From Meyerozyma guilliermondii (taxonomy: Eukaryota): 64,000 nt of DNA. The position numbers and the translations under genes are program-made. The notes under the pieces are model-generated. The model did no database searches. It was not told where the DNA came from and saw nothing but the letters and a program-made list of their open reading frames with translations. This document shows, in pieces, positions 12,002 to 21,137 of the stretch. The first letter of the stretch is position 1, and each line of letters starts with the position of its first letter. Location: contig CP128816.1 of assembly GCA_051546255.1 (NCBI GenBank), positions 1,612,001-1,676,000 of the forward strand, written 5' to 3'.

Positions 12002-12925
12002 CAATGATGCAACCACAGCTCAATGCGTTGTAAGACCAAGCACTGTGCCCTAAATAGTGAACTCACCTAATCGCACTTATTATCAAGTCGCACAATTAGC
12101 CTAACTTTTCGCACTGCAACTCTAACTGACGACCGCAATGCCACTTGAAACTCGCACACTCAACTTGGCCGCCGCGGGAACGAATCTGGGAGTGTGGGGC
12201 CCAAGCCTCATATCCATGACCGGGTCCGTCTGCAGGAAAACCTAAATTTGGTCACGAAATGCTGGCTAACAACTATACTCTTTTGCCTATTCATCATTGT
12301 AGACCAAAGCATCCACCACTAACAAAGTAACCAGTGACCTTTATTATTTTATTATGTGCGCTGACCCGCTTTTCGCGTCCCAGTTAGGATAATATTGCCC
12401 CACTATGTCGTACCCTGGCAAGCATGGGGGGCATAACACCCATGCACCACACCTGAGTCACGGTGTTTGTTCTGATAGCCACGCGCTGGTTGGGTTCAAA
12501 TATAACTTGCTTCAATTTAGCCACAAAAACCATCTTTTTCTCGAAAAAAATCGGCAGTTCTTACCGTTTCATACCAAGAACTATTCTGTGACCCTAAGAA
12601 ACTACTCTCGCTTGTCGATACCTAATATCGTTGATTGTTTGTAACCTGCAGACAAGCTGAAATATCCAAACTGAAATATTAAAAAGAGTGGTTTATTCTT
12701 GTTTCACATTTTCAATTGAACGAATTTTAAAGATATCTCGCGTTTTTCAATTATTTTCTGCGTGTTATAACATTCACCGGTCGACCTCAACTGTCAGGAT
12801 CGAATTTTGGTGAAATTTAACGATCCATTGTTCGGAACAATAACCGTTGCACACAGGTGATAAGAACCGTCGTGTCTCCACACCAACGTTTTATCCAATA
12901 CGAAGTGCTCCTCCATTCAATCGCT

Positions 12926-14182
12926 ATGTCAAGTCCTCCAAATCGCAATATCCTATCGACTTCTTCTCCAGAAGGCATTCAAGTCGCTTCCAAAATTACT
13001 CCTACTCGGCTTGCGAATCTCTTGATACGCCATGGTCCGTTGCCCATTAGACACATAACGGCCCAGTTATCCATTGAGGTGCCTGGCTTCGAATTGCTCT
13101 CGTTGTCGAAACAGAGAAGGCTCATAATGGCCGCCATGGAACAGAAGGACCCAACTAATGATGTCGTATTTGAGAAAATTGGTTGGGGACAATGGGCTGT
13201 GCGTCATGACGGATCAGACTATATTGTCACGGAAGGGACCGAAGGAGCCGGTGCTGCTCCAGGTAATCCTGCTGGTCCGGAAAAACCACCACTCAGCGTT
13301 CAAGACTTGCGTAACCAAACGGGCTTGAAATTAGGCTGGACAAAAAAGCAACTGCTTCGCAGAAAGAGTATCACCAATGCCAAAAGTAACTTGCATAATG
13401 TGCGAGTTCCTAACGAAAACATAATGGAATCGTCAGCCATAGCCTCGGACTCCGAGGACGATGACCCTATGGATGGTGTTGAGGATGAAAGTGAAAGCTC
13501 CAGCGAGAGTGACAATGAACTCTTCGTTTTCGATAACGATTACGACGCCAAGTTTAAACGGTCACCACCCATCAAGTTTGCTGATAGGGTTCCTCTCAAG
13601 GTAACTTCACCACCTCCTGGAGCTGCCAGCCGGCGCAAGTCGTCGTCGGCTGCGGTACACAAGTATCGTCATCCTATATTCAATCGTTCCAGGCTCAATT
13701 CGCTTGACAATCTCGACAATTATATTTTGTCCTCGGGCAAGAACTCGACAACCTCATTCAATTCTCCACCACCACTTTCTGCATCACCAATCAACTCACT
13801 CGGTCTGAGTTTTGCTCACCACACCATTAACACATCTCCTGAAAGCATTGAAGCTGCCATGTCGGCGGCTGGAAGAAGAAAGTCCTCATTCAATGAATCT
13901 CACATACGAAGTACCCTTTCTTCATCATTGCCAAAACCTCTGCATCCTCCAGAGGTAGCTAGAAAGCAGCCTTACGAACACAGTTCTCTTTCTCATTCTA
14001 CTTCGCTCATATCACCTGTTGCTAACCATGGCGGTCATCATGGAGACGAATCAGATACTGATGAAGAGGACTGGGCTACCATCGGCGCAGAGTCATTACG
14101 AAAACCCAATGGGAGTCTGAAGAAACCACAGTCCGAGGAACGAGCTGCGGCCATTGCATTAGTAGATCTTATGTCAGTGTAA
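12926..14182 (+). CDS. STB3: Sin3-binding, RRPE-binding transcriptional regulator Stb3
   Basis: Stb3 domain ITPTRLANLL..GPLPIRHIT..SKQRRLIMAAME..FEKIGWGQW; C-terminal SDTDEEDW. First ATG at 12926; lies near SEC7 as in S. cerevisiae. Confidence 0.88.
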   Translation: MSSPPNRNILSTSSPEGIQVASKITPTRLANLLIRHGPLPIRHITAQLSIEVPGFELLSLSKQRRLIMAAMEQKDPTNDVVFEKIGWGQWAVRHDGSDYIVTEGTEGAGAAPGNPAGPEKPPLSVQDLRNQTGLKLGWTKKQLLRRKSITNAKSNLHNVRVPNENIMESSAIASDSEDDDPMDGVEDESESSSESDNELFVFDNDYDAKFKRSPPIKFADRVPLKVTSPPPGAASRRKSSSAAVHKYRHPIFNRSRLNSLDNLDNYILSSGKNSTTSFNSPPPLSASPINSLGLSFAHHTINTSPESIEAAMSAAGRRKSSFNESHIRSTLSSSLPKPLHPPEVARKQPYEHSSLSHSTSLISPVANHGGHHGDESDTDEEDWATIGAESLRKPNGSLKKPQSEERAAAIALVDLMSV

Positions 14183-14347
14183 CACCAGTAAAATACATAT
14201 TTATCGAAGATGTGACTTCAGAGTACATCTGCTACGTTGCTTGCTAGTTGCTTATAGCTTGATAGTTGCACCTTACCACCAGCAGTGATCGCAACCGCTG
14301 AGTTCCTGTACAGTTAATTTTTCCTGTTTCGGTCTAATTTACATCAA

Positions 14348-14352
14348 ACGCG
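14348..14352 (+). promoter_or_regulatory. MCB-like ACGCG core upstream of MCM7
   Basis: ACGCG about 70 bp upstream of the ATG of a DNA-replication gene. The motif is short and could be chance. Confidence 0.35.
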
Positions 14353-14422
14353 CTGAAAAAACGCCTGTCAAACTTCATCTCATTATCAGTAAAGGATAGC
14401 TCAATTATAGCCACGGTCAATC

Positions 14423-16816
14423 ATGTCAACGACCTCGACTGTTCTTCCAGCTATTCAGCTCAATGTGAACTACGAAGACATAAAACTGTCGATTCGTGAC
14501 TTCTTGACCCATTTTAAAGGTTCCAGTGAAGAAGTCCAAACTGATATCAGCGATGAAATTGAGTACAACGGACCAAAATACTTGGGTCTTTTGCAACGAA
14601 TTGCAAACAGAGAGCTCTCAACTCTTTATATCGACCTTGAGGATTTGAAAAACTATCATGAAAACCAGTTCTTTGCTGGACCTAATTCTCAAACTCAAAG
14701 CTCCACCAGCCCTAATTCACTTATTGGTCATATCATTAAAAATTGTTATAGATACGTGGAACTCTTCAGCAGCGTGGTTGATGAATTGATGCCAGAGCCT
14801 ACGAAAGACATTTCTTACAAAGATGATGTGCTTGATGTGATCTTACACCAAAGAAAGCTCCGCAATTTGAGATTGCAACAAGATAATAATGAAGAATATA
14901 ATAGCTTGCGAGATGGATTCGACTCCAACAATGGCGAAGGAGTCCGTCAAGATAACCAACCTGCCGACAATATCTTTCCATCCAAGCTCATTCGTCGATA
15001 CTGCTTATACTTTAAGCCCACCTCAGATTTTAGTAACTCAAAAGCATTGGCTGTTAGAGACGTCAAAGGCAGCTATGTGGGACAGCTTATTACTGTGCGT
15101 GGTATAGTGACGAGAGTTTCAGACGTGAAGCCTTCGGTTCTTGTCAATGCTTATACTTGTGACAAGTGTGGTTTTGAAATTTTTCAAGAGGTATCCTCAA
15201 GAGTGTTTACACCTTTATCTGAATGCAATTCGCCCGTTTGTAAGGCAAACAACACAAAGGGCCAATTGTTCATGTCTACTAGAGCATCAAAGTTCTCATC
15301 TTTCCAGGAGGTAAAAATTCAAGAATTGGCAAATCAAGTCCCAGTGGGACATATCCCCAGAACCCTTACAGTCCACGTTAACGGTGACTTGGTTAGGACG
15401 ATGAACCCTGGAGATGTGGTGGATATAGCGGGGATTTTCATGCCTGCACCATATACTGGGTTCCGTGCCCTCAAGGCTGGTTTACTTACTGAGACGTATT
15501 TGGAAGCCCAATATGTCAAGCAGCACAAAAAGCAATATGAATCACTTGAATTGACAGAAGAAATCAAGTTAAAAGTTCAAAAATTACACGATGAAGGCGG
15601 CATCTACCACCGTTTGGCTCTGTCGATTGCTCCAGAAATTTATGGGCATCTCGATGTCAAGAAGATTCTACTTTTACTATTATGTGGTGGTGTGACCAAG
15701 GAAATTGGTGATGGATTAAAAATCCGTGGTGACATCAACGTTTGTCTTATGGGTGATCCCGGTGTGGCCAAGTCCCAATTATTGCGTGCTATAGGAAAGA
15801 TTGCTCCAAGATCCGTCTACACCACTGGTAGAGGATCTTCTGGTGTTGGTTTGACCGCAGCCGTTATGAGAGACCCCATCACCGACGAGATGGTTTTGGA
15901 AGGTGGTGCTTTGGTTTTGGCAGACAGTGGAGTTTGTTGTATCGATGAATTTGATAAGATGGAAGAATCAGATAGAACTGCGATTCATGAGGTTATGGAG
16001 CAGCAAACCATATCGATCTCAAAAGCCGGTATCAACACCACTTTAAATGCCAGAACATCAATTCTTGCTGCCGCCAATCCTTTGTATGGAAGATACAACC
16101 CCAAATTATCACCACATGAAAACATCAATCTTCCAGCTGCATTATTATCAAGATTTGATATAATGTACTTGATGTTAGATCAGCCTACGAGAGACTCTGA
16201 TGAACGACTCGCCCAGCACGTTGCCTACGTTCATATGCATAACAAACAACCTGAAAGCGAAATCGTCCCATTGGACTCTGCTACCATCCGTCAGTACATT
16301 TCCTTGGCTCGCACTTACAGACCAGTCGTTCCCAAAGAAGTTGGAGATTATATTGGCAATTCCTACATCAGTATGCGTAAAGAGTCCAAGAGAAACGAAG
16401 GTTCGGTCAAAAAGTTCTCGCATATCACACCAAGAACCGTGTTGGGTATTTTAAGAATGGCTCAGGCGCTTGCAAGAATCAGATTTGATAACACTGTTAC
16501 GATTGAAGATGTCGAGGAGGCTTTAAGATTGATGCAAGTTTCGAAATCGTCGTTGTATGTTGACGATGATGGACCACCTGAAGACACATCGTACCTTACA
16601 ACAATCTTCCAATTGATCAGGAATATTTCCATAAGAGAAGGACGTTCGTTGCCAATGGACGACCTTAAAAACCGAGTTCTTGGACGTTCGTTTACCGCGG
16701 ACCAGTTCCAGGAATGTATAAAATTGTATGAGGACGCGAATGTGTGGCAGGTGAACGACAATGGTGCAACTTTGTTCTTTATTAGCACAGATAGCGACCT
16801 GGAGATGTCTGACTAG
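14423..16816 (+). CDS. MCM7: Replicative helicase subunit Mcm7
   Basis: Walker A GDPGVAKSQ, Walker B IDEFDKM, arginine finger SRFD, zinc finger CDKC..CNSPVC. Mcm7-specific YTGFRALKAGLLTETYLEA and AALLSRFD. Confidence 0.97.
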   Translation: MSTTSTVLPAIQLNVNYEDIKLSIRDFLTHFKGSSEEVQTDISDEIEYNGPKYLGLLQRIANRELSTLYIDLEDLKNYHENQFFAGPNSQTQSSTSPNSLIGHIIKNCYRYVELFSSVVDELMPEPTKDISYKDDVLDVILHQRKLRNLRLQQDNNEEYNSLRDGFDSNNGEGVRQDNQPADNIFPSKLIRRYCLYFKPTSDFSNSKALAVRDVKGSYVGQLITVRGIVTRVSDVKPSVLVNAYTCDKCGFEIFQEVSSRVFTPLSECNSPVCKANNTKGQLFMSTRASKFSSFQEVKIQELANQVPVGHIPRTLTVHVNGDLVRTMNPGDVVDIAGIFMPAPYTGFRALKAGLLTETYLEAQYVKQHKKQYESLELTEEIKLKVQKLHDEGGIYHRLALSIAPEIYGHLDVKKILLLLLCGGVTKEIGDGLKIRGDINVCLMGDPGVAKSQLLRAIGKIAPRSVYTTGRGSSGVGLTAAVMRDPITDEMVLEGGALVLADSGVCCIDEFDKMEESDRTAIHEVMEQQTISISKAGINTTLNARTSILAAANPLYGRYNPKLSPHENINLPAALLSRFDIMYLMLDQPTRDSDERLAQHVAYVHMHNKQPESEIVPLDSATIRQYISLARTYRPVVPKEVGDYIGNSYISMRKESKRNEGSVKKFSHITPRTVLGILRMAQALARIRFDNTVTIEDVEEALRLMQVSKSSLYVDDDGPPEDTSYLTTIFQLIRNISIREGRSLPMDDLKNRVLGRSFTADQFQECIKLYEDANVWQVNDNGATLFFISTDSDLEMSD

Positions 16817-16936
16817 CGGTTGAGCCTTTAATTCTATGTGTATTAGTATAAATCTGTCGGTATGCAAGTCACGTGCGCGCACAACCAATTAGGTAGTCAT
16901 AACCCCGGCTTATCAGGCTTCTAATTGTATTTATTT

Positions 16937-17552
16937 ATGGAGTTGCCTCGCGCGAACAGCGCTATGAGAATTAGGCGACCGCCCGAACAGACCAGAGAAG
17001 AAAATGTGCTGGCTGTGCCTACCCAAAGTGAAGAAGTTGGGGAGAAGAAATCAAGAACCATGGCTGAAAAATGTAGGGATCTGATAAACTATTCCTCGCT
17101 TCTTCTCGAAAATAAAGGGCCTGTAGCACGAGATCATGTATGTATGTTCTATGGCGTGCAATTGCAAATACTAACGGTAGATGGCTAACGAAAGAACGTT
17201 TCTCGCATGGACTCGAACGGCAATTGGCTTCTTAACATTTGGTGTTGCATTTCATCAATTTTATCGACTCGATATGAAATCGGTATCAGTAACGTTCACA
17301 GACGGAAGCACTCATGTAATTGACGATAATAAGGTCTCGGTAATGCTGAGACTAGGCGCCCCGCTTGGACCTCTTTGCATCTTTTTGGGCTTAGTGACAG
17401 CTTGCTTAGGTCTTACTCGATACTTTCAGATCCAAATGCTGTTGCAAAAAGACTTCTATCCAGCGTCTCGGATTGCAGTTGTGGTAATATTGTCAGTACT
17501 AGTGGCGATTGTCATAGTTCTACTAGTGCTTTGCATAGAGCTCGCAGTCTAG
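16937..17552 (+). CDS. DUF202 (Vtc1/YidH-like) 3-TM membrane protein; spliced (exons 16937-17137 and 17181-17552)
   Basis: Splicing restores the family signature LENKGPVARDH|MANERTFLAW. Three hydrophobic helices follow. Confidence 0.9.
17138..17180 (+). other. 43-nt spliceosomal intron in the DUF202 gene
   Basis: GTATGT at 17138, TACTAAC at 17169-17175, TAG at 17178-17180. Confidence 0.92.
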
Positions 17553-17754
17553 TATTGACAAAATTACAGGGCTATAAAGGCAGAAAATGGAACATTAACG
17601 AAGAACTACTGGAGCCTGAAAGAGAAAAGCAAGCACAGTGTTCTACTGCCTTTAACTTTGATAATCTTTTTACTTCTTCTAGCTTATCGTGCTTATGTAA
17701 TCGGACTATGGTGCTAATTCACAACGCACTTCGACATCCAACAACAACACAACC

Positions 17755-18309
17755 ATGAGTGATTACTCGTCGCAAACTGTAGCCAGCTTGAAGGAGGTTT
17801 TGAAATCTCGTGGATTGGCTGTTGATGGTAAGAAAGCTGACTTGGTTCAGCGATTGACCGAACATGACGCTCAGAATGGCGGTGAAAATTCCACGGCTGG
17901 TGATAATGAAGCAACCAAACCTGAAGAAGAACTCAAAGAAGAAGATGTAGCGGATGAAGCTGCTGCTGAGCCTGCTAAGGAGAACACTGCTATCGAGGAA
18001 GAGGAACAAAAGGAGAGCAAACCCGAGAAAAAAGTCTTGTCACCAGAAGAGAGGAAGAAATTAGCAGTGGAATTGTTACAAAAAAAGATCAAACGAGCTG
18101 AAAAATTCGGTGACGAAGCAGCAGCCGAAGCTTCTCGAAATGACTTGGCTAGAATAGAGAAGTTTGGCGTGGAGGCTGGCACCGCCGTGTCGCGTGAAAT
18201 TGGACTTGGAGACAGAAGTTTGTCTGACAGTATAAAGTTCAACAAGAAGCACTCCCAGAAGAAGGGATTCAAGAACAGAAACAAAAAGAACAAGAAAGGA
18301 GGAAAGTAG
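17755..18309 (+). CDS. THO1: SAP-domain RNA-binding protein Tho1
   Basis: N-terminal SAP domain (TVASLKEVLKSRGL..GKKADLVQRL) and the Tho1/MOS11 C-terminal motif KKIKRAEKFG..RIEKFG. Confidence 0.88.
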   Translation: MSDYSSQTVASLKEVLKSRGLAVDGKKADLVQRLTEHDAQNGGENSTAGDNEATKPEEELKEEDVADEAAAEPAKENTAIEEEEQKESKPEKKVLSPEERKKLAVELLQKKIKRAEKFGDEAAAEASRNDLARIEKFGVEAGTAVSREIGLGDRSLSDSIKFNKKHSQKKGFKNRNKKNKKGGK

Positions 18310-18568
18310 TCCTTTGTATCTATTGTAATATATGTACAAAGTCGAGGAAGCGTGCGGATGACGAACATCGAGGGACCAAGTACCTTTTATTGATTAATGC
18401 AAACTGTCGTGTAATTTCAACTCAAGTTGAAAACCGAAAGCCACCAATTTCACGAAATAGTTATTAGGCTCATATTTATACCATAAGTATTGCCATATTA
18501 AAGTTTAACGATGAGAATGCACCTATAGAAGTTAATGTACAGCGAAGTTTTCTAGCTAGCCCACAGCA

Positions 18569-20149
18569 CTACTCGGAGTCAACTTCATACTCATCGACAA
18601 CCGTTTCTTTGGTTACTAGCCCATTGTTGTTCTTGATCCAGATGAAGTATAGCAAAGCTACCGATCCGTAAACCTCAAGCAAAAGCGACCAGACCATAGA
18701 CTTGTAGATTTTGGAATCAAGCGCTGCATACTCCATTAGACGAACGAGTTCACCTGAATTTTCTATCCTACCATCTTGTCCAAAGGAGAAATTCAAACTT
18801 GACTTTCGTAAAAGTCCCACCACTAACACAATGGAAGTCATAGTGAACACAAATATAGGCATGACAAATATAACCAAGATGGACATCTTAAAACATTTGG
18901 ATGTTTTCGAAGAGGCGATCTCACGCTCTCCGACATCATTTCCATTGCCGGGAAAGTTAGCAATTAGTTTTTGGGTTTTGAAATAGTGGCTCAAAGATAC
19001 TATGAGCCATACTATTGGAAATACTCCATTAAGAAGCAGCAAAATCTCAGGAATGAGCTTGAAAGAACCACCCTCCATAGGTCCCATTGCAAGCTCAGCA
19101 AATTGTACCTTGTCATACTGTATGATTCCGGAGGCACGGAATACGAAATTCAATGTGAGAGCCACCAAATTACCAACGAACAACACCTTGGCTAACCTCC
19201 ATGAGCTATATGGGATCTTGTTATAGCTGCTTGAGCCCTTTCCAATGCTGTATATCACACCATAGCCCATGGCAAATAATAAAATGCAAAAGTTAATATA
19301 GATATTAAAACATGCATCAGCCCATAATAATAAGCCATCGAAAAATGCAAGAAGTTTGTGCTCCGATGGAGAATAGTGATTACTCACAAAGAAGAAGAAC
19401 CACCGGACAATCAACAATACTTGGAGTGGAATCAACACCCGAAAAATGATTCCTTTTGAGATTAAGGATACCGAGTTCAAGTTCTGAAAGTTGCTTCCCA
19501 CTTTAAACCGAAGAATATAGTATATCAAGTATGCCACGAGAGCCAGACCCACCAAAATACCATAGATCAACTGCTTGTAGACAACCCAACCAGCAAAGTC
19601 CAACAATCCATGGGAGTTCACAGAATTGATAACAACCTTCAAATTGGAAAGTCCGCTATTTTCTGGAACGGCAATGAGGGCACAGTAGATTCCTGATTCG
19701 GGAACATCAAATATTATGTCGACATGTTCATGAGCTTTACCATCTCTTGGGTCTGCCACCATATAGTCATTGAGGAGACGAGATTGGTCAATCTTAGGCG
19801 CATCTTTCTTGGTTTCGAGTTTGAAAGTGGTAGTCTTATCATCAATGAGCTTTTCATATGGCGGTTTTTCTCCTTCAAATACGTAATCCAAAGTGAAGTT
19901 GTCTGTATCTGAAGCACGCATTATCAAGATGGGGATCTTTATCTTTTCAATCTCAGAAGTAGAATCGATTTTATCAATGTAGAGATGCATTGTTGCAGTA
20001 CCAGAAGTGTCTTTACTGATGAGCCTGCAAGCTTCGTGATTGTCAAGAGTCAAGTCTGACATTAAATATGACTGAAGCATGAATGCACCATCAGAACTGA
20101 CACTAGCCAATGCTCCGAATGCACATAGTAGGAATATAAGGATGTTCAT
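18569..20149 (-). CDS. Divergent Ptm1/GOST (lung 7-TM receptor-like) membrane protein
   Basis: Signal peptide, lumenal domain ending ESGIYC..NSHGLL, then about 7 hydrophobic helices and an acidic tail. Confidence 0.6.
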   Translation of the reverse strand: MNILIFLLCAFGALASVSSDGAFMLQSYLMSDLTLDNHEACRLISKDTSGTATMHLYIDKIDSTSEIEKIKIPILIMRASDTDNFTLDYVFEGEKPPYEKLIDDKTTTFKLETKKDAPKIDQSRLLNDYMVADPRDGKAHEHVDIIFDVPESGIYCALIAVPENSGLSNLKVVINSVNSHGLLDFAGWVVYKQLIYGILVGLALVAYLIYYILRFKVGSNFQNLNSVSLISKGIIFRVLIPLQVLLIVRWFFFFVSNHYSPSEHKLLAFFDGLLLWADACFNIYINFCILLFAMGYGVIYSIGKGSSSYNKIPYSSWRLAKVLFVGNLVALTLNFVFRASGIIQYDKVQFAELAMGPMEGGSFKLIPEILLLLNGVFPIVWLIVSLSHYFKTQKLIANFPGNGNDVGEREIASSKTSKCFKMSILVIFVMPIFVFTMTSIVLVVGLLRKSSLNFSFGQDGRIENSGELVRLMEYAALDSKIYKSMVWSLLLEVYGSVALLYFIWIKNNNGLVTKETVVDEYEVDSE

Positions 20150-21137
20150 GGTTACAGAAATAATCGCCCCTTGTTTGGATGTCTGGTGGTGCGAAATTGC
20201 GAATGATGCAGTGTATGTTGAAGATATAAGTCAACGATAACGTAATGTCAAGTGTAGGTATGAAGTCAATGGCTATAGTTTAGATACTACAAGATAGAGA
20301 AATTACAGGCACCCCATTTAGAGACAACACTACAAAATGTGGGAGCTCATTGCGTTTCTCGCTTATACTGAGGTCAAACGACAATACGATAAGGGATTTC
20401 TGCAGATATAACTGAAGTGCTGACGGCGATGAGCTCCTAGCAATGTGGCCACTGGTATTTGTTTACTGGTGACAAATCAGCTTACGAAATACGAAATGGT
20501 CAAGCCACCGGCCGTGAAGAGCAGACAGACGACAATAGAGTTTCTGCCTGACAACAGAACTCCGAAGCTATAGCCTCTTGAAGCTTTCTATGTCGGAGTT
20601 TTTGATACAAATGACTCAATTGCTGCTCTTCACAAAACTGTGATATTGTTAAGGCAAATTTGAAGGAAATCTTTCTTCAATGATAAAGTGCTTCGACAAT
20701 AAAGCACTAGATGCGAAGGTTTGTTGTTTTGAAGCAATTGATTGAAAAGTATCCACTGTAGTTACTCAATTGGATGTAATGTAACTAGGACCTGAAGTCG
20801 GATGAACGTCGATTTTTGACGACCTGTACTTCTCAGTTCCTTACAATAGTCAAGAGATCAACAGTATCGCCAATGCGCCAATGGTATCATAGTTCAATAA
20901 TTAATTGAAGCGAACACCTTGTAAGACTCCAGCAAAGTTCAGGTTGATCACTGACATACTTTTAGGCAAAAATCTATAAAATATAGGAAAGATAACCACA
21001 GTTAATCACATACAATCAATTCTCTACGTTTTGCAACTTTCTCATTTTTGTCTAACAATGCCAATTTGCAGCCTTCCACCCCACTTTTGGTGCCGTTCGA
21101 CTGCGAAATTTTTATTCCCTCACTTAATCACTAAGAA

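Noticed and set aside
12405..12644. 79-aa ORF upstream of STB3
   Set aside because: No recognisable features; cannot distinguish a uORF from chance without transcript data.
20216..20863. Possible solo LTR bounded by TGTTGA...TCAACA
   Set aside because: The flanks (GTGTA and GTATC) are not a target-site duplication and there is no second copy in the window.
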